This document shows, in pieces, positions 45,864 through 56,240 of a stretch of DNA of 64,000 nucleotides. The stretch comes from Myxococcota bacterium (lineage in GTDB: Bacteria > Myxococcota_A > UBA796 > UBA2385). Under the pieces are notes generated by a model. It was given only the letters and a program-made list of their open reading frames with translations. It was not told the origin of the DNA and did no database searches. The DNA is taken from NCBI GenBank assembly GCA_044344255.1, contig JBIJDH010000010.1, forward strand, positions 160,001 through 224,000, given 5' to 3'. The position numbers were made by a program, and so were the translations under genes. Within the stretch, counting starts at the first letter, position 1; each line of letters opens with the position of its first letter.

Positions 45864-46889
45864 ATGAACGGACTCCTGCTCGTCAACCTCGGCACCCCTG
45901 ACGGCCCCGACACCGCCAGCGTGCGCCGATACCTCGCCGAGTTCCTGGCAGACGGCCGGGTGCTCGACATCCCCGCCATCCCCCGGTACCTCCTGCTCTA
46001 CGGCGCCATCCTGCCCTTTCGGCCGGCCCGGAGCGCGCGGGCCTACCAGAAGGTGTGGGACCCTGTGCGCGGCTCGCCCCTGCTGCGCCACAGCGAAGAT
46101 CTGCGGGACGCGGTCTCGGCCGAGCTCGGCCAGGGCTGGCGGGTCGCCCTCGGGATGCGCTACGGCCGCCCGCCCCTCGAGGCGGCGATGCGGAGCCTCG
46201 AAGAGCAAGGCTGCACCCGCATCATCGTGATGCCACTCTACCCGCAGTATGCGAGCAGCAGCACGGGCTCCACCCTCGAGCACCTCTTCCAGGCCGCCGC
46301 CGCCCGCCCGGCGGTGCCGAACCTCTCCGTGGTGCCCGAGTTCTACGACCACCCGGGCTTCATCGGCGCCGTGGCCGAGATCGCCCGCCCCGAGCTCGCC
46401 GCCTTCCAGCCCGACCATGTGCTGATGAGCTACCACGGCCTCCCCGAGCGTCAGGTGCAGGCCACCCAGGTGGGCGGCGGGGGCCACTGCCTCGTGAAGG
46501 ACGACTGCTGCGCGCAGATCGGCCCCATCAACAGCCGTTGTTACAAGGCGCAGGCCACCGCCACCACCCGGGCCCTGACGGCGGCCCTCGGCCTCCGCCC
46601 CGAGCAGGTCTCGATGAGCTTCCAGTCGCGGCTCGGGCGCATCCCCTGGATCCGCCCCTACACCGACGAGCGGCTGCCCGAGCTCTACGCGGCCGGCCAC
46701 AAGCGGCTCGCCGTGCTCTGCCCGAGCTTCGTCGCCGACTGCCTGGAGACCCTCGAAGAGATCGGGATGGCGGCGCGGGATCAGTACGCGGCCTTGGGCG
46801 GCGAGCTCCGCCTCATCCCCTGCGTGAACAGCCACCCGACTTGGGTCCGCGCCGTCGCCGAACGGGCCCGGGCGGTGGCCGATCCTTGA
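45864..46889 (+). CDS. hemH: Ferrochelatase
   Basis: LLVNLGTP, PLYPQYASSSTG, SYHGLP, FQSRLG..PW..PYT, FVADCLETLEEI. Confidence 0.96.
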   Translation: MNGLLLVNLGTPDGPDTASVRRYLAEFLADGRVLDIPAIPRYLLLYGAILPFRPARSARAYQKVWDPVRGSPLLRHSEDLRDAVSAELGQGWRVALGMRYGRPPLEAAMRSLEEQGCTRIIVMPLYPQYASSSTGSTLEHLFQAAAARPAVPNLSVVPEFYDHPGFIGAVAEIARPELAAFQPDHVLMSYHGLPERQVQATQVGGGGHCLVKDDCCAQIGPINSRCYKAQATATTRALTAALGLRPEQVSMSFQSRLGRIPWIRPYTDERLPELYAAGHKRLAVLCPSFVADCLETLEEIGMAARDQYAALGGELRLIPCVNSHPTWVRAVAERARAVADP

Positions 46890-47031
46890 CAAGCGCGTCC
46901 TGACGAGGCATATGGCCGCGCTTGTCCGGCCCAGGTGGCGGACGACGGGCGCGAAGGATGGCCATCCGCAGCGCCAGGGTGAAGGTCACCCCCGTCGTCT
47001 GGCTGCGGGTGCCGGCGTACTGGAGCAGACC
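46886..47031 (+). promoter_or_regulatory. rpsO promoter (-35 TTGACA) and structured 5' leader
   Basis: TTGACA 46886-46891; multi-stem leader; GGAG at 47022. Confidence 0.45.
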
Positions 47032-47301
47032 ATGGCCACGACCCCCGAGCGGAAGACCGAGATCGTCGAGACCTTCCGCAAGCACGACGACGACACCGGC
47101 TCTCCCGAGGTCCAGATCGCCCTCGTCACCGAGCGCATCACCTACCTCACCGACCACTTCAAGAAGCACCCGAAGGACCACGCCTCCCGGCGCGGCCTCC
47201 TCCAGCTCGTCGGCCAGCGCCGCCGGATGCTCAAGTACCTGAAGAATTCGTCCACGGAGCGCTACCAGGCGATCCTCGCGGCCCTGAAGCTGCGTCACTG
47301 A
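47032..47301 (+). CDS. rpsO: 30S ribosomal protein S15
   Basis: DTGSPEVQIAL...HFKKHPKDHASRRGLL..VGQRRR. Confidence 0.98.
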   Translation: MATTPERKTEIVETFRKHDDDTGSPEVQIALVTERITYLTDHFKKHPKDHASRRGLLQLVGQRRRMLKYLKNSSTERYQAILAALKLRH

Positions 47302-47308
47302 CGAAAAC

Positions 47309-47336
47309 GAGGGCGGTGGGGAGACTCACCGCCCTT
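47309..47336 (+). terminator. Stem-loop after rpsO
   Basis: 12-bp stem GAGGGCGGTGGG/CTCACCGCCCTT with GAGA loop; weak U-tract. Confidence 0.5.
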
Positions 47337-47629
47337 CGGCGTTCTGGTCGCCAGCGTTCTTTCCAGCACCGTTGAACTACTCGCGCAGGCCGAGCCCTCT
47401 CCCAGGGTGTCGTGGTCTTCCGCAGGTCTTTGTCGCCGGACCCCGCCGTGGGGTCCGTCGTCCCAGGTCTTCGGGAACACCGGGGCATCCCGTCCGTGGG
47501 CGCGCGTCCATGCCTGCGCTCCCCCTGCGACCCTCATCAGCTGATGACGAGGGGCCGCGACGTGTCCCCTGCGGGCGCCCCCGAGCCATGGACGGACGGG
47601 AGAGCGGCCCGCTCCAAATTGGAGTGTAT

Positions 47630-49750
47630 ATGCCCATTCATACCGTTTCCGTCGAGATCGGCGGTCGTCCGCTCACCATCGAGACGGGCAAGCTCGCCAA
47701 GCAGGCCGGCGGCTCCGTCGTCGTGCGCCAGAACGACAGCGCCGTGCTCGTCACCGTCGTCGGTGACAACAAAGAGCAGCCCTTCGACTTCCTCCCGCTC
47801 ACCGTCGAGTACATGGACCGCACGGGCGCTTACGGGCGCATCCCCGGCGGCTTCCTCAAGCGCGAGGGCCGCGGCAACGAGCGCGAGACCCTGATCAGCC
47901 GCCTGATCGACCGGCCCATCCGGCCCCAGTTCCCCAAGCACTACCGCTGCGAGACCCAGATCATCGCCACGGTGCTCTCCTTCGACCCCGCCTCCGACAC
48001 CGACGTGCTCGCGATGGTCGGCGCCTCCGCGGCCGCCTACCTCTCCGACGTGCCGATGGTGCGCCCGATCGCCGGCGTCCGCATCGTGCGCGTCGATGGG
48101 CAGCTCCTCCTCAACCCCAGCCGGGCCCAGATGGACCAGGCCGACCTCACCCTCGTCATCGGCGGCACCGCCGACGCGGTGTGCATGGTCGAGGGCGGGG
48201 CCAAGGAGGTCGATGAGACCACCACCATCGACGCGATGGACATGGCGCACGCCGCCGTGAAGAAGATCATCGCCGCGATCGAGGAGCTGCACGGCAAGGC
48301 CGGCCAGCCCAAGCGCGCCATCGCCCCGGCCCCCTCGATCGACCCCGCCGTGGTCGAGAAGGTCGCCGCGGTCGGCAAGGCTGACCTCGTCGCCGCCATG
48401 GCCGTCCCCGGCAAGCACGAGCGCCGCGACGCCATCCGCGCCGCCCGCCAGGCCACCATCGCCGCCGTCTCCGCCGGCGTCGAGGACGCCGCTGAGGCCG
48501 CCCGCCTCAAGGGTGAGGCCACCAACGCCTGGGACAAGCTCGTCGGCAAGACGATGCGCGCCCAGGTCGTCGCCGAGGGCCGCCGCATCGACGGCCGCGC
48601 CACCGACGAGATCCGCGCCATCCTGAGCGAGGTGGGCGTCGCCCCCCGCGCCCACGGCTCGGCCCTCTTCACCCGCGGCGAGACCCAGGCCTTCGTCACC
48701 GCCACCCTCGGCATCGAAGACGACGCCCAGCGCATCGACTTCTGCGGCTCCACCGAGCCCATCCGCCGCTGGATGTTGCAGTACAACTTCCCCCCCTTCT
48801 CCACCGGCGAGGCCAAGCGCCTCGGCGGCCCGAAGCGGCGGGAGGTGGGCCACGGCGCCCTCGCCCACCGCGCCCTCGAGGCGGTGCTCCCCAACCACAA
48901 GGAGTTCCCCTACGTCCTCCGCTGTGTGTCGGACGTGCTCGAGTCGAACGGCTCCTCCTCGATGGCCTCCGTCTGCGGCAGCACCCTCGCCCTCATGGAC
49001 GCTGGCGTGCCGCTCAAGAAGCCCGTGGCCGGCATCGCCATGGGCCTCATCAAGGACGGCAGCACCTACGTGGTCCTCTCCGACATCCTCGGCGACGAAG
49101 ACCACCTCGGTGACATGGACTTCAAGGTGACCGGCACGAAGGACGGCATCACCGCCTTCCAGATGGACACCAAGATCGACAGCGTCCCCCGCGAGGTGAT
49201 GCTGCGCGCGATGATGCAGGCCAAGGAAGGCCGGCTCTACATCCTCGACGAGATGGCCACCGCGATCTCTGCGCCCCGCAAGGAGCTCAGCGCCTTCGCG
49301 CCCCGGATCACCACGATCCACATCTCGACCGAGAAGATCCGCGACATCATCGGCCCGGGAGGCAAGACCATCCGCTCCATCCAGGAGCGGACCGGCACCC
49401 GCCTCACGGTCGACGACAGCGGCGCCGTGCAGATCGCCAGCACCGATCAAGAGGCGGCCGCCCGCGCCATCGGCCTCATCCGCGAGCTCACCCAGGAGGC
49501 CGAGATCGGCAAGCTGTACCTGGGCGTGGTCAAGCGGACCGTGGACTTCGGCGCCTTCGTCGAGATCTTCCCCGGCACCGAGGGCCTCGTCCACATCAGC
49601 CACCTCTCCCACGAGCGCGTGAGCAAGACCACCGACGTCATCCGCGAGGGCGACGAGGTGCTGGTGCGCGTGATCGACATCGACAAGGCCGGCAAGATCC
49701 GCCTCTCCCGCAAGGAGGCCATCGCCGCCTCCTCGGGCGAAGAAGTCTGA
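47630..49750 (+). CDS. pnp: Polyribonucleotide nucleotidyltransferase (PNPase)
   Basis: [48 protein letters not shown] and S1 domains. Confidence 0.98.
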   Translation: MPIHTVSVEIGGRPLTIETGKLAKQAGGSVVVRQNDSAVLVTVVGDNKEQPFDFLPLTVEYMDRTGAYGRIPGGFLKREGRGNERETLISRLIDRPIRPQFPKHYRCETQIIATVLSFDPASDTDVLAMVGASAAAYLSDVPMVRPIAGVRIVRVDGQLLLNPSRAQMDQADLTLVIGGTADAVCMVEGGAKEVDETTTIDAMDMAHAAVKKIIAAIEELHGKAGQPKRAIAPAPSIDPAVVEKVAAVGKADLVAAMAVPGKHERRDAIRAARQATIAAVSAGVEDAAEAARLKGEATNAWDKLVGKTMRAQVVAEGRRIDGRATDEIRAILSEVGVAPRAHGSALFTRGETQAFVTATLGIEDDAQRIDFCGSTEPIRRWMLQYNFPPFSTGEAKRLGGPKRREVGHGALAHRALEAVLPNHKEFPYVLRCVSDVLESNGSSSMASVCGSTLALMDAGVPLKKPVAGIAMGLIKDGSTYVVLSDILGDEDHLGDMDFKVTGTKDGITAFQMDTKIDSVPREVMLRAMMQAKEGRLYILDEMATAISAPRKELSAFAPRITTIHISTEKIRDIIGPGGKTIRSIQERTGTRLTVDDSGAVQIASTDQEAAARAIGLIRELTQEAEIGKLYLGVVKRTVDFGAFVEIFPGTEGLVHISHLSHERVSKTTDVIREGDEVLVRVIDIDKAGKIRLSRKEAIAASSGEEV

Positions 49751-49766
49751 GCCTGCGCCAACACCG

Positions 49767-50225
49767 ATGACCCGGGCCCCCCTCCGTGTGCAGCTCTCGC
49801 GGCTGCCCCACGGAGGGGGTCTCTCCGTTCCGGCCTACGCCACCGCCGGATCCGCCGGCCTCGACCTCTGCGCCGCCGTCGATGCGCCGCTGAGGCTGCT
49901 CCCCGGCGCCCGGGCCCTCGTGCCGACCGGCTTCGCCCTCGCCATCCCCGAGGGCCACGAGGGGCAGGTGCGCCCCCGCTCGGGCCTCGCGCTCAAGCAC
50001 GGGGTGACGGTGCTCAACGCGCCGGGCACCCTCGACGCCGACTACCGCGGGGAGCTCCAGGTGCTGCTCGTGAACCTCGGCGCCGAGCCCTACACCGTCG
50101 AGCGGGGGGCCCGCATCGCCCAGCTCGTCGTGGCGCCGGTGTCGCGGGCGGAGGTGGTCGAGGTCACCGCCCTGGATGAGACCGTCCGCGGCGCGGGCGG
50201 CTTCGGCTCCACCGGCGGGGCCTGA
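49767..50225 (+). CDS. dut: dUTP diphosphatase
   Basis: [38 protein letters not shown]. Confidence 0.97.
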   Translation: MTRAPLRVQLSRLPHGGGLSVPAYATAGSAGLDLCAAVDAPLRLLPGARALVPTGFALAIPEGHEGQVRPRSGLALKHGVTVLNAPGTLDADYRGELQVLLVNLGAEPYTVERGARIAQLVVAPVSRAEVVEVTALDETVRGAGGFGSTGGA

Positions 50226-50287
50226 TCTCTCGCCGTCGAGAGGTGTAGGATGAACGACCATCCTCACCGATCACCGCTGGAGCCCCG

Positions 50288-50734
50288 ATGTCACCGTTGA
50301 GCGCCCTCCCCGCCTTTCAGCCGCTCTGCCTCTTCTCCGTGCTGCTGGTCCTGTTCATGTTCCTCCTCGGAGGACTGACGGCCAACTACCGGCGGCTGGC
50401 CAAGGTGGTGGTCAACCCGGAGGACGTGGGCGTCAACCCCGGCTCCCACGTCGAGGTCGCCGAAGCGCCGAGCACGCTGCGCTGCAAGCGCGCCCACCTC
50501 AACGCCATCGAGAACATCCCGGGCTTCCTCGCGCTGGCGACGATCTTCACCCTCGCCGGGGGCTCGACCACCGCGGGCTGGGCCTACTTCGGGCTCTACT
50601 TCGCCTCCCGCGTCGCCCACGCCATCTGCTACCTGAACGAGCTCCAGCCCTTCCGCACGATCAGCTTCTTCATCGGCCAGCTCTGCTTGATCGGCATGTC
50701 TGTGCAGATCCTGATGGCGGCCTTCGGCCGCTGA
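50288..50734 (+). CDS. MAPEG family membrane protein
   Basis: NPED, RAHLNAIEN, RVAH; 4 TM segments. Confidence 0.88.
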   Translation: MSPLSALPAFQPLCLFSVLLVLFMFLLGGLTANYRRLAKVVVNPEDVGVNPGSHVEVAEAPSTLRCKRAHLNAIENIPGFLALATIFTLAGGSTTAGWAYFGLYFASRVAHAICYLNELQPFRTISFFIGQLCLIGMSVQILMAAFGR

Positions 50735-50791
50735 TCGGAGGCCGCTGCGCGGTCCCCGTGGTGCCCCTCAGCGGCCACCGCAGCGGCCCTC

Positions 50792-51685
50792 TCAGGGGGC
50801 CGCCGGGCTCCTGGCGACCAGCGCGTTGATCGTGCCCTTCTCGCCCTCGATGCTCCAGCGCCGCGCGCTCGTGACCACCATCATCTGCGAAGAGACGGCG
50901 CCGTCGAGGTTGAGGGCCGTATCGGCGGCGGTCGTGCTCACGAGGAGGGTCCCGAGCTCGTGCAGCGTGAGGCCCCGGCCGGCGCTGTGCTCGAGCGCCA
51001 CGCCGTCGGGCGTCTCCCGGACGCTGCTCGACGCGGCGGCGACCACGAGCCAGACATACTTCTCGGAGAGCGCGACCGCCGATCGGGCGTCGCGGTGGGC
51101 CCCGGGCGCGGGGCTGACGAGGTTCTTCCGACCGTCCACGATGCGGTCGACCGACTGGAGGGCCTCGACCGGCCCCTCTGTCCAGGCGTCCCGGTGGATG
51201 ATCGAGGCGGGGCCGGGCTGGGCGATCAAGATCCCCGAGCCGCCGCGGGGGTCGGCCGGGTGGTTGACCTTACCTTCGCTCACCACGAGGCCCATCGGAC
51301 CCTGCTCGTAGAAGCCCCCGTTGATCGCCGCCCAGGGCGCGGGGAGGGCGGCGGTGCTGGCCGAGACCAGGGCCCCCAAGGGCTGCACAGCGTCGGAGGG
51401 CACCACGTAGAGCACCGCCCCCCGAGGGAGTCGCACGCGCCAGACGAGGCCGCTGCTCGTGTCGGCGCTCCAGGTGAACCGATCGAGGCGGAGCCCGCCC
51501 TCCTCCAAGAGCACCTCGGCCTTGCCGAGCGTCAGCGCCGCCGGCGCCTGGACCTCCGCGGGGGTCGCCTTTGTGGAGGTGGGGGCGGTCTTTGGCGCTC
51601 CCCACGAGCAGGCCGAGAGCGCGGCCACGAGGCAGGGCCCCGCCGCGCGGGACCACCACCGAAGGGAGGGGGAGGGTCTGTTCAC
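50792..51685 (-). CDS. Phosphodiester glycosidase (NAGPA-like) lipoprotein
   Basis: LSAC lipobox; AINGGFY, ARSAV, ALNLDGAVS (variant of NLDGGGS). Confidence 0.75.
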   Translation of the reverse strand: MNRPSPSLRWWSRAAGPCLVAALSACSWGAPKTAPTSTKATPAEVQAPAALTLGKAEVLLEEGGLRLDRFTWSADTSSGLVWRVRLPRGAVLYVVPSDAVQPLGALVSASTAALPAPWAAINGGFYEQGPMGLVVSEGKVNHPADPRGGSGILIAQPGPASIIHRDAWTEGPVEALQSVDRIVDGRKNLVSPAPGAHRDARSAVALSEKYVWLVVAAASSSVRETPDGVALEHSAGRGLTLHELGTLLVSTTAADTALNLDGAVSSQMMVVTSARRWSIEGEKGTINALVARSPAAP

Positions 51686-53334
51686 GTCGCCACCGTGGGT
51701 TGCCAGGGTGAGGCCCCGCGTTCGCGGAGGAGGGCGAGGACGCCGTCCACCTGCTCGTGGACGAAGAGGAGGACCAGGTCACCCGGGCGGGCGAGGTCGA
51801 GCAGGCGCGCCGCGGCCTCCCGCTCATCGGGCACGTCGAGGAGCTCGCTCGAGGGGAAGCCGCGGGCCTCGAAGGCCGCCCGTAAGAGCGCCGGCATCTC
51901 GCCCGGCGCCCGCCCGCGCCAGTGCTCCGGGAGCTCCTTCAAGGCGATGAGGTCAGGGGGGATGGCCACGACCTCGTCCACGAAGGCCTCGCGGATGCCC
52001 TCGCTGCGGTCGCCGGCGAGGCCCACGAGCACGAGCCGACGCCCTGGGGCGACCGTAGCCACGAGCCCGCGGGAGAGCTCGCCGATCCGCCGCACCCCGT
52101 CCGGGTTGTGAGCGAAGTCGAGGAGGATTTGCACCCCGCCCAGCGTGAAGAGGTTGGTGCGGCCGAGGCTGTCTTCGGGGCTCGGGCGGAAGCCCCGCAG
52201 GGCGGCCACGATGGCGGCGTCCGGCAGCCCCAGCTCCGCCGCGCAGAGGGCGGCGGCGAGCGCGTTCTGGACGTTGTAGACGGCCGCGCCGCCGAGCGTG
52301 ATCGGGATCTCCCGCACCGGCAGCAGCGGCCGCCCCTGCACCACCAGCCAGCCCTCCGACACCGTCGCGTCGGCCGGGCCCGTGGCGCTGAAGCGGCGGA
52401 CCTTCAGATCGGGGCGATCGGCCTGCAGGCGCGCCACCGCCGCCACGAGGGGCCCCGCCTCGGCGCCGACGATCAGGCGACCGCCGGTCGTGACGGCCCG
52501 GGCCACCACGAGCTTGGCCTCGGCCATGCCTGCGAGGTCGTCGATGCCCCACTCGCCCAGGTGATCATCGGAGATGTTGGTGACGATGGCCGCCGCAGCC
52601 CCGTCGAGCACGAGCCCCCGCCGGAGGAGCCCACCGCGGGCCGTCTCCAGGACCGCCAGCTCCACCTCGGGGCGCCGGAACAGCATCCGCGCCGCGCCGG
52701 GGCCGGTCCAGTCGCCCTTCTCGACCCACTCCCCCTGCACCACCACGCCGTCCGAGGAGGTGTGGCCGCTCACGAGCCCCGCCTCCCGGCCGATGCGGGC
52801 GAGCAGCCGCGTCGTGGTGGTCTTTCCGTTCGTCCCCGTGACATAGACAAAGGGGATCCCGCCGTGGGTGGAGGGATCCACGGCAGAGGGCAAGGCGCTC
52901 ACCGGCCAGGTCTCGGCGTGGCGGCCGAGGCCGGCGGTGAAGCCGTCATCGTCGTAGAAGGCGGGCACCCCGCGGGCGAGGGTGCGGCCGAGGAGGAGGC
53001 GCAGCGCCGGCAGGGCCTTCCGGTCGGCCTCGGCCACGACGGCCTCCTCGCTGGGCTCCCCGGTGGCCGCCCACTCCAGCAGCGAGGCGGCGGGCTCCAT
53101 CTGGTCGATGGGGGCGGGGAGCGCGATCGAGGCCCCGCCGGGCCAGCGGCGCACCACCAGCCAGGCGTCCTCCCAGCCGAGGCGCTCGGCGAGGCGCTCG
53201 GCCCGCCCGCGGATGCCCGAGAGCAGGGCCTCCTCATCGTCTCCAGGGGCGAAGAAGAGCTCCGCGGCGGCGCCCGTCCCGGGCAGCAGGAGGTGCCGAC
53301 CGGTGATCCGCCGGGGCTCTTCGATGCGCATCAA
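51682..53334 (-). CDS. CphA-related Mur-ligase-domain protein lacking ATP-grasp
   Basis: VTGTNGKTTT, ETARGGLLRRGL, NISDDHLG, DFAHNPDG, GDRS; coupled to cphA. Confidence 0.8.
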   Translation of the reverse strand: MMRIEEPRRITGRHLLLPGTGAAAELFFAPGDDEEALLSGIRGRAERLAERLGWEDAWLVVRRWPGGASIALPAPIDQMEPAASLLEWAATGEPSEEAVVAEADRKALPALRLLLGRTLARGVPAFYDDDGFTAGLGRHAETWPVSALPSAVDPSTHGGIPFVYVTGTNGKTTTTRLLARIGREAGLVSGHTSSDGVVVQGEWVEKGDWTGPGAARMLFRRPEVELAVLETARGGLLRRGLVLDGAAAAIVTNISDDHLGEWGIDDLAGMAEAKLVVARAVTTGGRLIVGAEAGPLVAAVARLQADRPDLKVRRFSATGPADATVSEGWLVVQGRPLLPVREIPITLGGAAVYNVQNALAAALCAAELGLPDAAIVAALRGFRPSPEDSLGRTNLFTLGGVQILLDFAHNPDGVRRIGELSRGLVATVAPGRRLVLVGLAGDRSEGIREAFVDEVVAIPPDLIALKELPEHWRGRAPGEMPALLRAAFEARGFPSSELLDVPDEREAAARLLDLARPGDLVLLFVHEQVDGVLALLRERGASPWQPTVAT

Positions 53335-56153
53335 TCCGCCTCTTCGACCTTGCTGGAGACGAGCACCACGCCGCGCTGGTCGCGGACGACCTGCCCGACG
53401 AGGCTGGAGAGGTCGATGGGCTGAGGGTCCTCCGCCACCACGGGGACCGCGCGCGCCGCGTCGGAGGGCGCCGCCTCCGGGCCGCCCGTACGCCCGCCGA
53501 AGTAGATGATCTGCTTCCAGGTGCGGCTGATCTTGTCGCCGAACACGAGCAGCAGGTCTCCGGCGCGGCAGAGCTTGAGCGCGTGGTCGACCGCGGTCTG
53601 CTCATCGGGGATGAGCGTGATGCGGTCGTCGCTCACGCCGAGGGCGCGCAGCTCGCGGGCCATCAGCTCGGGGAGCTCCCCCTCCCTCCGGCCGCGGCGG
53701 TCGTCGTCCTGACGGAGGATGAAGTGGTCGAAGGAGCGCGCGGCGCGGCTCACGACGGCGACGGCGTCCTCATCGCGGCGGTCGCCGGGCACCGCGAGCA
53801 CGACCACCCGCTTGCCGCGCAGGGCCGACTGCCCCCCGCCCTCACAGAGGTTGTCGACCAGCTTGCACATCGCCTCGAGCGCGTGGGGGTTGTGCCCATA
53901 GTCGAGGATGACCTTGAAGCCGAGCTGATCGTAGATGTTCATCCGGCCAGGGGCCTGGAAGTACGTGGTGTCGAAGGTGCGGAGCCCCTGGCGGATGTCG
54001 TCGAGCTTGACGTTCATCGCGAAGGCCATGCCGGCGGCGAACATCGCGTTCTGGACGTTGTGCGCCGCCTTCCCCTCTACGGTCGCCGGGATGAGGTGTG
54101 TCCAGAGCAGGGGGACGTGGGCCCCCTTGTCGAAGACAGAGATCATCTGACCGTTCACGCCGTTCTCGAGGGCCACCGCCATGCCCCCGGCGCGGATGTG
54201 CTCGCGCACGAGCACGTTGGAAGGGTTCATCGTCACGTAGCAGATGCGCTTCGCCGTGGCGTGGGAGGCCATTCGGACACAGAGGTCGTCGTCGGCGTTG
54301 AGCACCACACAGTCGCTCGCCACCTCGATCGGGATGCGCTTGACGTCGGCGAGCTGCTCCAAGGTGTCGATGCCGCCGAGGCCCAGGTGGTCACCGGCCA
54401 CGTTGAGGCAGCAGGCCACGTTCGGCCGCTTGTAGCCCATGCCCGAGCGGAGGAGGCCGCCGCGGGCCGTCTCGAGGACGGCGACGGAGACGGTGGGGTC
54501 GCGCAGCACCATCCGCGCGGCGACGGGGCCGGTCATGTCGCCCTCGACCGTCCGCCGACCGTCCACGTAGACCCCGTCGGTCGTGCACATGCCCACCATG
54601 GCGCCAGCCATCTTGTGGATGTGCGCGAGCATGCGCGTGGTGGTGGTCTTCCCGTTGGTGCCCGTGATCGCCGCGATGGGGATGCGGGCCGGCGTCCCGG
54701 GCGGGAAGAGCATGTCGACCACGGCGGCGGCGACGTCGCGGGGGGTGCCCTCGCTCGGCGAGACGTGCATCCGGAAGCCCGGCGCAGCGTTGACCTCGCA
54801 GATCCCGCCGCCGATGTCCTTGTAGGACTTGCCGATGTCCTCGGTGAGGAAGTCGACGCCGCAGACGTCGAGGCCGATGGCCGCGGTGGCACGAACGGCC
54901 ATCTCGCGGTTGTCCGGGTGGCAGACGTCGGTGACGTCGATCGCCGTCCCGCCGGTCGACAGGTTGCCGGTCGAGCGCAGGTAGAAGACCTGCCCAGCGG
55001 AAAGCACGGAGGCCTCGGTGAGGCCGCCCTCCTCGAGCAGGCGCCGGGCCTGATGGTCAAGCTCGAGGCGGGTGAGGATCTTCTCGTGGCCGATGCCGCG
55101 GCGGGGGTCGGCGTTGACGAGCTCGACGAGCTCGGCCACGGTGCGGCTGCCGTCGCCCACCACATGGCCGGGCACCCGCTTGGCCACCGCCACGAGCTCA
55201 CCGTTCACGACGAGCATGCGGTGGTCGAAGCCCTTGATGAAGGTCTCGACGAGCACGTAGCGGCTGTGCTCCCGGGCCACCTTGAAGGCCGTGCGCACCT
55301 GGGCCTCGTCCTCCATCCCGATGCTCACGCCGCGGCCATGGTTGGCGTCGAGCGGCTTCAAGACGACGGGGTAGCCGAGGCGCCGGGCCGAGCGCACCGC
55401 CTCGTCTTCGCTGGTCACCTGCACCTGGCGGGGCACCGGCAGGCCGACCTCGCCGAGGATCTTGTTGGTGAGGTCCTTGTCGCTGGCGATCTCGACGGCG
55501 ATGTGCCGGGTCTCGCTCGTCACCGTCGCCTGGATGCGCTTCTGGTAACGACCGTGTCCGAACTGGACGAGGCTGTAGTTGTTGAGCCGAATCCAGGGGA
55601 TGTCCTTCGCCTCGGCGGCGCGGACGAGGGAGCCCGTGCTCGGCCCGAAGGCGCGCTTCTGGGCGTCGCGGATGAGCCGCTCCATCTCGACCTTGAAGTC
55701 GAAATTGGGCTCCCGCTCGTCCTCCTTCAGGAGCTCATCGGGGACGAGGGAGTGCAAGAGCCGGAGCGCCAGCAGGCCGGCGTCCATGCCCACCCGCTCC
55801 TCCTCGTACTCGTAGACCACGTGGTACTGCCCGAAGACCCCGGTGCCGCGCGTCTTGCCGAAGGTGACCTTGCAGCCGGCGAGGTTCTGGAGCTCGATGG
55901 CGACGTGCTCGAGCACGTGGCCGAGCCAGGTGCCGCGGTCTTCGCGCAAGCGGCGCACGAAGCCGCCGGGCTCGCCGAAGGAGCAGCCGTGCTCGTCGAG
56001 CGAGGGGACGGCGGCGAGCAGCCGGTCCACGAAGCCGGGGAGCTCGGCGGAGGGGGCCTCTTCGAGGGCCCCGAGGGCCACCGTGAAGCGGATGACCCGG
56101 AAGGTCGCGTAGAGGTTCGGGCCCTGGTAGGTGCGGCGGTCGAGGATCTGCAT
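53331..56153 (-). CDS. cphA: Cyanophycin synthetase
   Basis: N domain HGC...HVLEHVAIELQ, FGPST; ATP-grasp KPLDANHGRG, NLSTGG, EVNAAPG; Mur domain TGTNGKTTT, DYGHN. Confidence 0.96.
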   Translation of the reverse strand: MQILDRRTYQGPNLYATFRVIRFTVALGALEEAPSAELPGFVDRLLAAVPSLDEHGCSFGEPGGFVRRLREDRGTWLGHVLEHVAIELQNLAGCKVTFGKTRGTGVFGQYHVVYEYEEERVGMDAGLLALRLLHSLVPDELLKEDEREPNFDFKVEMERLIRDAQKRAFGPSTGSLVRAAEAKDIPWIRLNNYSLVQFGHGRYQKRIQATVTSETRHIAVEIASDKDLTNKILGEVGLPVPRQVQVTSEDEAVRSARRLGYPVVLKPLDANHGRGVSIGMEDEAQVRTAFKVAREHSRYVLVETFIKGFDHRMLVVNGELVAVAKRVPGHVVGDGSRTVAELVELVNADPRRGIGHEKILTRLELDHQARRLLEEGGLTEASVLSAGQVFYLRSTGNLSTGGTAIDVTDVCHPDNREMAVRATAAIGLDVCGVDFLTEDIGKSYKDIGGGICEVNAAPGFRMHVSPSEGTPRDVAAAVVDMLFPPGTPARIPIAAITGTNGKTTTTRMLAHIHKMAGAMVGMCTTDGVYVDGRRTVEGDMTGPVAARMVLRDPTVSVAVLETARGGLLRSGMGYKRPNVACCLNVAGDHLGLGGIDTLEQLADVKRIPIEVASDCVVLNADDDLCVRMASHATAKRICYVTMNPSNVLVREHIRAGGMAVALENGVNGQMISVFDKGAHVPLLWTHLIPATVEGKAAHNVQNAMFAAGMAFAMNVKLDDIRQGLRTFDTTYFQAPGRMNIYDQLGFKVILDYGHNPHALEAMCKLVDNLCEGGGQSALRGKRVVVLAVPGDRRDEDAVAVVSRAARSFDHFILRQDDDRRGRREGELPELMARELRALGVSDDRITLIPDEQTAVDHALKLCRAGDLLLVFGDKISRTWKQIIYFGGRTGGPEAAPSDAARAVPVVAEDPQPIDLSSLVGQVVRDQRGVVLVSSKVEEAD

Positions 56154-56220
56154 CGCGCTCTCGGGAGATCGGGAGCCCGCGGCTTACCATGCGCGGGCCG
56201 TGCGGCACAACCGCACGCGC
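56143..56220. repeat. 78-bp direct repeat, copy 1 (cphA promoter and first codons)
   Basis: 71/78 identical to 57289-57366 by manual alignment. Confidence 0.9.
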
Positions 56221-56240
56221 GAGGGGCGCCCCGAGGCACC

